A stretch of DNA of 64,000 nucleotides from a virus: IMG/VR virus record IMGVR_UViG_3300032285_004073, positions 112,808 to 176,807 of that record; one strand, written 5' to 3'. The position numbers and the translations under genes were made by a program. Within the stretch, counting starts at the first letter, position 1. Each line of letters starts with the position of its first letter. This document shows positions 18,901-27,801 of the stretch, one piece after another. A model generated the notes under the pieces. That model was given only the letters and a program-made list of their open reading frames with translations, ran no database searches and was not told the origin of the DNA.

Positions 18901-20527
18901 AACATATTTTTATGCAGTTGATCCCATCGATTTTACAACACCTTTAGAATTTAATGTATTTCCACAATTTGGATGGATAGGTAATGATAATCAACTAACT
19001 ATCCTTGACGAGAATAACTATACTTTAATCAATAATCCATCAGCTTATGATAATACTGTAGGACAAACACAAAGTCTTTATTTATCTGCCAATAAAAATT
19101 ATTTTACAAAATACAATTATCAAAGTCAAACAAGCCCAGAAATAATAACCCTACCTTCTTATTTCGGATTAACAAATATAGGATATACACCAAGATCCTT
19201 AGAAGTATTTAATTACGGATTAATGATAGGACTTACGGCTTTTAATAATGATGTTTATCCGGAAATAATGGGTGTAAATTATTATGATCTTGTTAATATA
19301 AATAATGGTTATAATGTAATTGTTAACCAATTTAATATTACATCCCAAACTTTATCCGCCAAAAGCTTTTATACATCAAATTATATATACGATGAATATA
19401 ATAATCTCTATAATTCCATATTTGGCAATCTTTCTTCACTTTTAGTATATTGGAAACTAAATGAAGAAAGCGGTAATCGCTACGATTCAACTCCAAATGG
19501 ATACACTTTAATAGATGTAAATCCGTTTACTCCGTCCGGACAAGGTTTAATAGATAAAGGAATTATAGGAGATGGTTCTGGTTATTTAACTACTGCAAAC
19601 ACCATACCTCTTAGCGGTGATTTTACAATTAATTATTGGGTGAAACCAGAAAAAAATACAACTGGTAATTTCCAATGTTTTGCTGGTTCTGATAATGAAT
19701 TAAATTTTAATGTTCATTCTCGAGGTATATATTATGGTACCTGTAACAATTTTGTGAAAGCTTCTAAATTTATTGAAGTATCAAATGATTGGCATATGGC
19801 TACTCTCACCAGATCCATATCATCTGGTTTAGCAAATATATATTTAGACGGAAATTTAGTGGCAACAAACACATCTGATTTTACAGATTATACAGCTTAT
19901 TTTGGATTGTTGGCCACGTATGACGGTCAGTATGTAGACTCTGCCAATAATTCAATGTTGGATGAATTTAGTATATATAATCAGGTTATTAATATAAATC
20001 AAATATCAAATTTATATAATTATGGTTTAGGCATCACCTACCCATTAACAGATGATAATAGTTATACAACCTTATTAAATTTATCTTCTCTTATATCTCG
20101 CAATAATAACGGCAACAAATTCTTATGTGCTCCTGTTATTGTACCTTATAATGATTTGTATTTTTCATTTACGGTTAAAAATCTTTCCTTGGATCTTAAT
20201 AAAGAAAATACTATTTCAGTCACTCAAACCACTAAATCTAATGGTCCAGCGGTTATAGTCGGTGGGTCTATAACCTATTATCTTTCTAGTCAATATTGGG
20301 TTGAATCTAACACCATACCCTATGCTGATGGCACCTATGATATATTCAATATTACCTTAGGTGATCCTTTTATACCATTACAAAGTGGAGCTGAAGGTTT
20401 AGATAATTTTTATTTATATGCTATCCCTGATTTTTATCAACAGATACCACCTAGTGTTTTTGATTTAGCAAAAATAAATCAAGGATATAAAGGAAATACA
20501 AATATTTGGAGTTTAATAAATCCATGA
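15983..20527 (+). CDS. Large virion structural protein with a LamG/concanavalin-like domain (~19440-20030)
   Basis: LLVYWKLNE.SG...D, FTINYWVK, WHMATLT, IYLDG, LDEFSIYN motifs; Asn/Ser/Thr-rich beta protein in the baseplate operon. Confidence 0.7.
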   Translation: MSFTPTLAYNIQGSGNYPSENYISYPLQSYFIANLGPLKFYNGLKYRKKPYSDVANFYLNSPIFNSFFTYSNAVTSQYSDITDPTQANILVESYNTIDFGDWISTPSITLNTSNIRKTYNIPSEFNLFYTTLNQNTDLSYGYLLYPSKLFLNPVSLTQNGNNWNLTTNINVALSSVIGIESNYIEQDAADYHINTYLKNTPTLLSLGSAGLNSSYSLFFDLCANRTRTHRPIINFTQGYKPTYFTSILEPNSILNPDSLVVTFSAACSNPTFSITEQIISQDEPDVWKYDETTHFNNTFVILSSYDIKTKSPVQTFQLYQTITPGGANYPLIDSKNCVLSATLFLNNSNIRYSNPLSKSTYNVHHTTDSILGISYIADCGLFKNNDPISGSLTINSSPASFKTSVPINNVASNQTIVWTTPYPPHYYSYKTKLANSGAYLDSNSLNFYLYSSNVPTSDNNYNTNQSSYYVLLSSYITSDHNILSYSLDAVPNDLIRFLPVNLDPLIAPNLVCSYGPYTSLVAGSAIQTYNLINSPWVPVSAGDCLRIDYPYGMYGQTPLSIRSSLSSKVAGQLDAFNATNFVLAPDYQQNNGFAIDLQVLSEDYNQITLSVSNNVSLSSWPYIDLTYKNICWYYTSDDVLPDLNISLNIADSTGNILSSIQPYQVIPFNNLTWNVNISGYGPNTLTIYVSSSDETITQPSFIDTNPSLFSYFVERQFAVTPLIELDNLNIDRTISLQAQLPINNTIVNIPSAYQDSAMYWTWSFDDITDPSLQPISANYNVLSSDNVTIISKDYTHSTPGPISLLSSINLVITPPQGSRAQNLHNIKVVAHSDIMNPSVIGSYSFTVDDFPSTDIFNADFTTRYNNAEAIVLGNTSSGHNTITRKGNASPGTNLYFKLIPSDVASNLANNNGELTWYYNNLAIDSNSDNSLNFDLSLSATPTIQNNISAASIALKLTNSFANGWTSAHNVSAITYFYAVDPIDFTTPLEFNVFPQFGWIGNDNQLTILDENNYTLINNPSAYDNTVGQTQSLYLSANKNYFTKYNYQSQTSPEIITLPSYFGLTNIGYTPRSLEVFNYGLMIGLTAFNNDVYPEIMGVNYYDLVNINNGYNVIVNQFNITSQTLSAKSFYTSNYIYDEYNNLYNSIFGNLSSLLVYWKLNEESGNRYDSTPNGYTLIDVNPFTPSGQGLIDKGIIGDGSGYLTTANTIPLSGDFTINYWVKPEKNTTGNFQCFAGSDNELNFNVHSRGIYYGTCNNFVKASKFIEVSNDWHMATLTRSISSGLANIYLDGNLVATNTSDFTDYTAYFGLLATYDGQYVDSANNSMLDEFSIYNQVININQISNLYNYGLGITYPLTDDNSYTTLLNLSSLISRNNNGNKFLCAPVIVPYNDLYFSFTVKNLSLDLNKENTISVTQTTKSNGPAVIVGGSITYYLSSQYWVESNTIPYADGTYDIFNITLGDPFIPLQSGAEGLDNFYLYAIPDFYQQIPPSVFDLAKINQGYKGNTNIWSLINP

Positions 20528-22536
20528 GCGTTTATACATCACCAGCAATTCAATTAACAACATATGCAGACCAAACTACGCAGATATATATGTCTACTGT
20601 TTATGCATTAGTAAGTTCTCAAGTTTTTGTAGAATATAAAAATCCATTTTTAAACAACAACAATCCCAGTTCTTATGTGTTACAATATATTACAGATTTT
20701 GGAGAAGGAGATGTAATTTACTCCGACCCCTCAGACAAGGTATATTATAGTTATAAGAATCCAGGAACTTATTATGTATCATATTCTGCCGTATTATATT
20801 CTAACACGGACAACACAACTTCCATTACACCTGCAAATTCGTTAGTACCATTTGTAATAGAAGCCTCCTGGAAACCTTTTAATGCCAATGAAATAAGATA
20901 TGCCAAAGATCTTATATTAAAATTTCCTTATAATTTAAATCAAATACAAATACAGCCTAATGAATGGGGTGTCAAAGATATTTTTAATACTGCTATAACT
21001 CGTTTACAAGATAATTTAAATTATTTATTATATAACACTAAAACTTTAAACACAAACACTCCAACAGAATATATTGGTTGGTTAGGAAACAATTCCAATA
21101 GTAGAGGAAGTGGTATAAAATGGAACACACAAACATATAACCCTCTCTATTTAAACAACGCATCGTTAGCAACCACACAAGGATCTTCTTATTTTAATAA
21201 TTTAAAAGACAGTGTAGAAATTTTAGATCGTATTTATGTGCTGGACGATACAAGTTTTAGAGCCTTTTATTCTTCAGCTGTACCAACAGAAATAAAATTT
21301 TCTAATACTCAACAAATAGCCTCACTATTAGTAAATCCTTCATCATTAGATTCTAATGACTCCGGTGACACGGTTTATATATCGGATCCCCTAAAGAATA
21401 TAGTATATAAATTCAACATAGATATTACTAATAATGAAATTAACGTACAATTATTTACAGGAGGTTTTGGCGGAGTTGCAGATCATGATAAATTTAATTC
21501 CCCGGTTCAAGTATATTATTTTAAAGAAAATGTATACGTTTTAGATTATAACAACAAATGTGTTAAACAATACAATAAAGATTTAAACTGGATATATACC
21601 TATTATTGTGACGCATTTGAATCAGACCAACCAGCAAGTGTTACAGTCAATCCATCAACATCGGATGTTTATATTTTAAGTGAATCAGCTAATGTGTATA
21701 TATTTAAAAATTTAAATAGCAATCCATACAATTCATTTAGTGCTTTAGAAGCAAAAGACGGGACAAATTTAAACAAAATTATTTTTGATGATTCCGGGGA
21801 TTTTTTCTACATATTATCAGTTAGTAATATATACAAATATTCCTATATTAATACATTTATAAATAAACTTAATATAGAAAACAACCCTTCCATTAATTAT
21901 ATTAGCATTAATAAATCCACCAACAAATCATTTTTAATTACTAGTATTCATTCTATACTAAAAATACAAGATGTATTAGAGACATTTCAATTAGGCGGTG
22001 GATTACCTTACAATTATTGGACAAAAGAACAATTACTGGTTTCAGAAGATGAATTTTCATCCGATATTAATTATAATCGCTCTTTAATTAGAATGGCTCA
22101 AAATGTCAAAACTTTTAGAGATACACTAAATGCTCAAATGGTTTTAGTACAAGCAGATATTCCTTACATTTCTTGGGTTCCTATTGATGTTTCCAATCAA
22201 CCGCTTTTAGACTCTGATGTTGAAAACGAAACATTGGGTGTTGGTGTTAATGAATTACACGTACCCTCGGTTTTCAATAAAGAATTAGACAAAATATATA
22301 CTTCTTTATCCACTCTATTAAATTTTTTAAATATTAATAATGCTGTACCCGAATCTCAATGTTCTGGTAAATTTTGTTGGTCTTGGAAAGCATTATCAAC
22401 TTATAATATAACTTTACCTGTAGTTAGAACTTGTGATATGAATCCTACAAGCTACAAAGAATTATTAGGCGCGTTTCCTGTGGGTTATGCTCCTAGTAAA
22501 ACTTGGGGTGAAGCTATCTCAAATTGTTGTAATTAA
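20524..22536 (+). CDS. Virion structural protein with PKD-like N-terminus and NHL-type beta-propeller
   Basis: DFGEG...Y.Y..PG.Y.VS; KFNSPVQV....VYVLDYNN..VK; ATGA overlap with the upstream stop supports the 20524 start. Confidence 0.7.
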   Translation: MSVYTSPAIQLTTYADQTTQIYMSTVYALVSSQVFVEYKNPFLNNNNPSSYVLQYITDFGEGDVIYSDPSDKVYYSYKNPGTYYVSYSAVLYSNTDNTTSITPANSLVPFVIEASWKPFNANEIRYAKDLILKFPYNLNQIQIQPNEWGVKDIFNTAITRLQDNLNYLLYNTKTLNTNTPTEYIGWLGNNSNSRGSGIKWNTQTYNPLYLNNASLATTQGSSYFNNLKDSVEILDRIYVLDDTSFRAFYSSAVPTEIKFSNTQQIASLLVNPSSLDSNDSGDTVYISDPLKNIVYKFNIDITNNEINVQLFTGGFGGVADHDKFNSPVQVYYFKENVYVLDYNNKCVKQYNKDLNWIYTYYCDAFESDQPASVTVNPSTSDVYILSESANVYIFKNLNSNPYNSFSALEAKDGTNLNKIIFDDSGDFFYILSVSNIYKYSYINTFINKLNIENNPSINYISINKSTNKSFLITSIHSILKIQDVLETFQLGGGLPYNYWTKEQLLVSEDEFSSDINYNRSLIRMAQNVKTFRDTLNAQMVLVQADIPYISWVPIDVSNQPLLDSDVENETLGVGVNELHVPSVFNKELDKIYTSLSTLLNFLNINNAVPESQCSGKFCWSWKALSTYNITLPVVRTCDMNPTSYKELLGAFPVGYAPSKTWGEAISNCCN

Positions 22537-22551
22537 AGGGACAATTTCTGG

Positions 22552-22615
22552 TAAATATTATTAATCAATTCAACAATAGTGACCAGCAATGGTTCTATGG
22601 GGCAACCCATTGGCT
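22552..22615 (+). promoter_or_regulatory. Late promoter plus structured 5' leader (two GCAA tetraloop hairpins)
   Basis: TAAATA 22552-57; GACCA-GCAA-TGGTT 22581-94; ATGGG-GCAA-CCCAT 22597-610. Confidence 0.5.
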
Positions 22616-22627
22616 TGAGAAAGGATT

Positions 22628-25600
22628 ATGTCTAATAGATTTCACTCAAAATTTCACCGTTCTAATCACCACACTTATACAAATAGTGCGAACCCCGATG
22701 CAGGCCATGACCCTATAGCCAGTCCGGATTCACCTTTTTTAGGTGATTTTGTTTTAAAAGGAGGATTAAGTGCTTTAGTACCTTCAGGAAGCAAATACTC
22801 CGCTACCTTTTTAGGAGCTGGTGTTGGTGTAGGCACAATCACACCTAATACAAGCTTAACAGTTGTTGGATCTATTAGTGCTTCTAATAATATTATAGTT
22901 GGTTATAATAACCAGGCAGTTGATACATCTAGTATTGGTGGTGGTTTTAATAATTCTATCAGTAGTCCATATTCTTATATAGGAGATGGTTCTAATAATT
23001 CTATTAGTAATTCTTATTCTTACATTGGTGGTGGTAATAATAATAATATTTCTGGAAGATATTCTTTCATAGCTGCAGGGTCTTCTAATTATACCAATTT
23101 TCCAAATACGTTTATTTTAGGATCTGGGTTATCTGCTAATCAAGCGAATTTTACATTTGTTAATAATTTAAGTACACCCGGATCGGTCATTGCTAATAGT
23201 ATATCATCTAGATTTATATATTTGTTACATAGCAATCCTAATGATGGTATTAATCCAGTTGTATTTTTAGGTGAAAACGGTAATGGGTCTTTATCTGGTT
23301 TTAATACATCATATGATGAAATACAAAACAAATATTTCATATCTACATTTTTTGGCGACGGCTCTATAGTTCCATATACAACAGCCTTTTTAATAGACCA
23401 AAGTGGTAATGTGGGTATTAATACAAATAGCCCTAACAATAAATTAACTGTTAATGGATCTATCAGTGGTTTAGGCAATCTTTATATTAATAGCAATGAA
23501 TACATTACAGGTTCATCTTATGTTTCTGGTAATCAACTTTTAGCAGGATCCTCTTATATTTCCGGGTCTCAATATCTTTCTGGAGCTTATTCTGTTAAAG
23601 GACATATATATGCATCTGGATCTCAATATCTTTCAGGTTCATTATTCACTGGTAATAATGTAAGCATTAATACAACTAATCAAACCAATGCTTTAACGGT
23701 AAAGGGTTCTATTAGTGCTTCAGATACATTATATGGTAATACCATTAATTGTGCTACTTTAAATGCTACTACTTTAAATGCTACTAATGAATTTGTAACA
23801 AATAAAACCACAGTATATTTTTCATCATCTACTGGAAATTCTTTAATATTAGGAAATCAATTTAATCTCACTCCATTGACATTATCCGGTAATGCAGTTT
23901 TATTAAACGCCTTTAATTCATCAACTCTTAATCCGGTGTTTTATATGACATCAAATGGATATGTTGGTATCAATACCAATAATCCTTCTGCCAACCTTAC
24001 TGTAGTTGGAAACATAAATGCTTCTAGTGATATAAGCACAAGTGGATCTTTATTAGCTTCTAAACCAATTGTAGTTTCTACTTCACCTACATCCAATTTA
24101 AATATAGCTCCATTATCTGCGACAGGTTCTGCGACAGGTTCTGTTTATAGTTCTATACAAAATATTGTAGCAGGTGTTAGTGCTAGCACAGATTATACAA
24201 TGTACAATGATCAAGGCAATTATTTGGATATTGGTATTAATAGCTCTCAATACAACGGAAATCTTTATTATCCTAAATTCAACATAGTAGGTCCTGGTGA
24301 TTCTTATATATTTAATACAGCTAACAACATTGTTATGGGTACAGGATCTTCTTCAGGAAATCTTTTATTCTTTACAGGAGGCACTTCTTCAAGCAATGAA
24401 AGAATGAGAATTACCAATAGTGGTAATATTGCTATTGGAACTACAACAACTGATTCTAATTCCGTTCTTACCATTAAAGGTGATGTTTCTATTAACGGAA
24501 ATCTTAGTTACAACAACAGTAATAATGGTCCGGTTATTAACGGATCTGTAAGAAACATTATCTTAGGTTCTGCTGGACAGGGATACTCTTCCGCTCCAAC
24601 AATAACCATAGATCCTCCCACAGATGTTTTAGACAATAATATTCAAGCAACTGCAACGTGTACTATTAATAATGGCGCTATTAACTCTATAACTATAACT
24701 AATCCGGGTCGTGGTTATATAACACATCCTAATATTACTATTTCTGGAGGAGGATCTCCGACTCAACCCGCAGTGATGTGGGCTATGGCAGATGTTAGAG
24801 CTACATCTAACCCTAGAGGCAGATCTAGCTATGCATCAACAGTTTTATTTTCAGATGGTAGGTTATTTAGTGCTGGGTATAATAACTCAATTCCTAACGG
24901 ATATTCTGTATCCGGTACTAGTTATGTTAATCCTGTAAACGTACCTATATATACTAGCTCTGATACCAATCCTTCATATTTTGTAATACCAGAAACTTAT
25001 TCATTAAACACTCCAGCTGGGTATCAAAATATACCAGCAGGTAGACCCGTTGAATACTGGAATACAGGTGATCATTTATATGTATTAGACAGTAATGGAA
25101 ATCTTTGGAGCGGAGGTGAAAATGCCAACGGAGAATTAGGATTAGGAAATAATACATCTCAATACATTTTAACTCGAATAATATTCAATCAAAACAGTTC
25201 GACATACGGACAATTACTTAATACTAATAATCAAATTGTGAGATTTTCAGTTTCTAAGGATGCCGACAGATCCGGCAGAACATCTTGTATAGCTCTTGCA
25301 GCTAATGGCGCTATATATACTTGGGGTTATAATGGATGGGGTCAATTAGGAATAGTTAATTCCAAAGGAACATTAAATACAGCTGCTCATAATTCACCGG
25401 TTTGTCTTAACAATTATGTAGGCGGAAACACTGGAGTAGGAGGTGGAACGTCTATAACAGTACCCTCAGCACCATCAGCTCCTTACGTATTTCCTAAACA
25501 ATATAAAAACGTTTACATGATAGGAGATGGATATACAAGCTGTTCTTTTATATTAAAAAATGATGGTAGTGTACTAGCCGCGGGATATAACGCATTTGGT

Positions 25601-26410
25601 CAACTTGGTATCGGTAATACAACTAACCCTCCTTCATTTACACCAGTATTATCCGCAGCAAATGCCCCAATAGGTAATGTAAAAGAAATTCACGGTAATA
25701 GTTATGGTGGAGGTTATATAAGCTGTACATATTTCTTATGTAATGATGGATCCCTTTGGTCTACAGGTCATAATAGTTATGGTGCTCTTGGACTCGGTGA
25801 TACTACTCAAAGAGTGTATGCTACTAAAATTACAGCTTTATCAAATTATAATATAACTAAATTTAGGACTATGACTAGACAAGAAGATTATGGTTTTTGT
25901 GTTGCTAGTGATGGTACTAATATATGGACCTGGGGCAGAAACGATTTTGGTCAATTAGGAAAAGGTGTAGCTAATAATACTGCCAATCCGACTCCTTTCT
26001 TAGTTAATACTGTTCCTTTAAATTATTCCAATACCCCCAACACTACAACTTATGTAGGTAATGCCGCTACTACTTGGAGTGGAATTACTATTAAAGATAT
26101 AGCCATTGGTCAAGCATGTTTTGCCATATTAACAAACAATGGTAAGGTTTACAGTTGTGGATATAATAAAGTAGGACAATTAGGATTATCTAATGGTCTA
26201 GACTATGCTGCGTTTTTAACTCATGTTAATATACCGACAGATAATGCAGCTTCTATAGCGATTTGTGGACCCACTGTAAATCAATTTTTACAGATTATCA
26301 CATCTTCCGGCAAAATCTATGCTAGTGGTTATAATGGCCACGGAGAATTGGGCACTGGTGATACAGGAGGTTATTATTACCTACCCACTCAAGTTTACAA
26401 AGGGTTATAA
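22628..26410 (+). CDS. Tail fibre/spike protein with C-terminal RCC1/BLIP-II-like propeller
   Basis: VGI.T..P...LTV.G.I repeats, GGG.NN.I beta-roll repeats, then W.WG.N..GQLG RCC1 repeats. Confidence 0.8.
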   Translation: MSNRFHSKFHRSNHHTYTNSANPDAGHDPIASPDSPFLGDFVLKGGLSALVPSGSKYSATFLGAGVGVGTITPNTSLTVVGSISASNNIIVGYNNQAVDTSSIGGGFNNSISSPYSYIGDGSNNSISNSYSYIGGGNNNNISGRYSFIAAGSSNYTNFPNTFILGSGLSANQANFTFVNNLSTPGSVIANSISSRFIYLLHSNPNDGINPVVFLGENGNGSLSGFNTSYDEIQNKYFISTFFGDGSIVPYTTAFLIDQSGNVGINTNSPNNKLTVNGSISGLGNLYINSNEYITGSSYVSGNQLLAGSSYISGSQYLSGAYSVKGHIYASGSQYLSGSLFTGNNVSINTTNQTNALTVKGSISASDTLYGNTINCATLNATTLNATNEFVTNKTTVYFSSSTGNSLILGNQFNLTPLTLSGNAVLLNAFNSSTLNPVFYMTSNGYVGINTNNPSANLTVVGNINASSDISTSGSLLASKPIVVSTSPTSNLNIAPLSATGSATGSVYSSIQNIVAGVSASTDYTMYNDQGNYLDIGINSSQYNGNLYYPKFNIVGPGDSYIFNTANNIVMGTGSSSGNLLFFTGGTSSSNERMRITNSGNIAIGTTTTDSNSVLTIKGDVSINGNLSYNNSNNGPVINGSVRNIILGSAGQGYSSAPTITIDPPTDVLDNNIQATATCTINNGAINSITITNPGRGYITHPNITISGGGSPTQPAVMWAMADVRATSNPRGRSSYASTVLFSDGRLFSAGYNNSIPNGYSVSGTSYVNPVNVPIYTSSDTNPSYFVIPETYSLNTPAGYQNIPAGRPVEYWNTGDHLYVLDSNGNLWSGGENANGELGLGNNTSQYILTRIIFNQNSSTYGQLLNTNNQIVRFSVSKDADRSGRTSCIALAANGAIYTWGYNGWGQLGIVNSKGTLNTAAHNSPVCLNNYVGGNTGVGGGTSITVPSAPSAPYVFPKQYKNVYMIGDGYTSCSFILKNDGSVLAAGYNAFGQLGIGNTTNPPSFTPVLSAANAPIGNVKEIHGNSYGGGYISCTYFLCNDGSLWSTGHNSYGALGLGDTTQRVYATKITALSNYNITKFRTMTRQEDYGFCVASDGTNIWTWGRNDFGQLGKGVANNTANPTPFLVNTVPLNYSNTPNTTTYVGNAATTWSGITIKDIAIGQACFAILTNNGKVYSCGYNKVGQLGLSNGLDYAAFLTHVNIPTDNAASIAICGPTVNQFLQIITSSGKIYASGYNGHGELGTGDTGGYYYLPTQVYKGL

Positions 26411-26428
26411 TAAGGTAATTATATTATA

Positions 26429-27079
26429 ATGTCTTTTTATAGTTCTACCATATTATTATCAAACTCTAATACAATAAATGTTAGTAATTATGCACCTTTT
26501 TATTTAAGTGTAGATCCTTCTGGAGTTACAACTCCTAATTTAGTTAGACAAATAGATTATATTTGGGGAGACGGTACTTCTCATTCTCAAGTATTAAATC
26601 CGAACCCAACGAGTAATGGTGATCCCCGAAATTATATACAAAATAAACAATTTCTTTCCAAGGATCCGGTTTTATCAGTTTATTTAATAAAGGTTAATGT
26701 TTACACATTAGGGTCTTCAGATCCTATCACTTTTACAATTAACTTAAATTTACAAAATCCTCAATTAGAATCTAATAATATTTTTAATGAATTTCACCTT
26801 GTTAAAACAAAAATGTTTGGACCTGATAACCAGATGCTATATACATTTGAAACTCAAAATCCTAATAACATAATGATGTCTGTCGTTAATTGGAAAAATA
26901 AATCAGCGCCATTATCACTACCTAAATCACCTTTTGTGATTGAAAATAGACCTTATCAACTCACTCAACCTTTAGGATTATCTTCAACTCAACCAGCCAA
27001 AGACATAACAATTGAAAATCCTGCAGATACACCACCCAATCCGGATTTTGGAACCTCAATAAAACGCTTATATCCTTAA
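26429..27079 (+). CDS. Hypothetical virion protein (PKD-like WGDG motif)
   Basis: IDYIWGDGT; co-oriented in the structural cluster. Confidence 0.6.
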   Translation: MSFYSSTILLSNSNTINVSNYAPFYLSVDPSGVTTPNLVRQIDYIWGDGTSHSQVLNPNPTSNGDPRNYIQNKQFLSKDPVLSVYLIKVNVYTLGSSDPITFTINLNLQNPQLESNNIFNEFHLVKTKMFGPDNQMLYTFETQNPNNIMMSVVNWKNKSAPLSLPKSPFVIENRPYQLTQPLGLSSTQPAKDITIENPADTPPNPDFGTSIKRLYP

Positions 27080-27080
27080 T

Positions 27081-27764
27081 ATGAATTTATACTCTGATAT
27101 TAACAATGCTGGTGAACTTTGGTTAAAAGATTTTCAAAGTAATATAAAACCAGCTTACAATTTACTTTCATCTATATTTATAAAATATAAAAATAATCAA
27201 AATTTTTATCAAGATTTAAATTCTAATAATATTTTAAAATTTGATACTTTTTATGATTCACTTTTTATACAAACAAAAAGTGGATATATTTTTGAAAAAA
27301 TAACAACAAAAGATAATGGCATTTTTCCTTATAGCCAATTTTCAACATTTACATCTTCAACTTCTACAAATAATATAGATTACTGGTTAGACGAAAAATC
27401 TAAAAAAGTATATTTTTCTGGATTTAATGATTTATTGGATTTCAATACACACAAAATTATTTTTTCTATATTTTTAAAAGAATTTAATTTAAATGATGGA
27501 AAGATAAATGATTTATTTTCTCGCACCATAATTCTACCATTATGTTCCGCGCCTACATGGACCAATAGTAATGGGATAAAAGAGGACCCTAAATTAACAT
27601 ATAATCCAGATACGGATTTATTTAATATTTCTTTTTTGATAAAAGATATCAATTTGAATATAGGATTAATAAGTGTTAATTTTGATACTCAAAAAATAGA
27701 TGCTATAAACACTTTTATACCTTTTGTAGGATCGGTTGACATACCTAACATAACAATAAATTAA
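27081..27764 (+). CDS. Hypothetical virion protein
   Basis: 227-aa ORF tightly packed in the structural cluster. Confidence 0.6.
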   Translation: MNLYSDINNAGELWLKDFQSNIKPAYNLLSSIFIKYKNNQNFYQDLNSNNILKFDTFYDSLFIQTKSGYIFEKITTKDNGIFPYSQFSTFTSSTSTNNIDYWLDEKSKKVYFSGFNDLLDFNTHKIIFSIFLKEFNLNDGKINDLFSRTIILPLCSAPTWTNSNGIKEDPKLTYNPDTDLFNISFLIKDINLNIGLISVNFDTQKIDAINTFIPFVGSVDIPNITIN

Positions 27765-27787
27765 TACATTAAAATTGCAGTTTTCTC

Positions 27788-27795
27788 TATAAATA
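27788..27795 (+). promoter_or_regulatory. T4-type late promoter TATAAATA
   Basis: Exact consensus, 6 nt before ATG 27802. Confidence 0.7.
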
Positions 27796-27801
27796 TATCA
27801 A

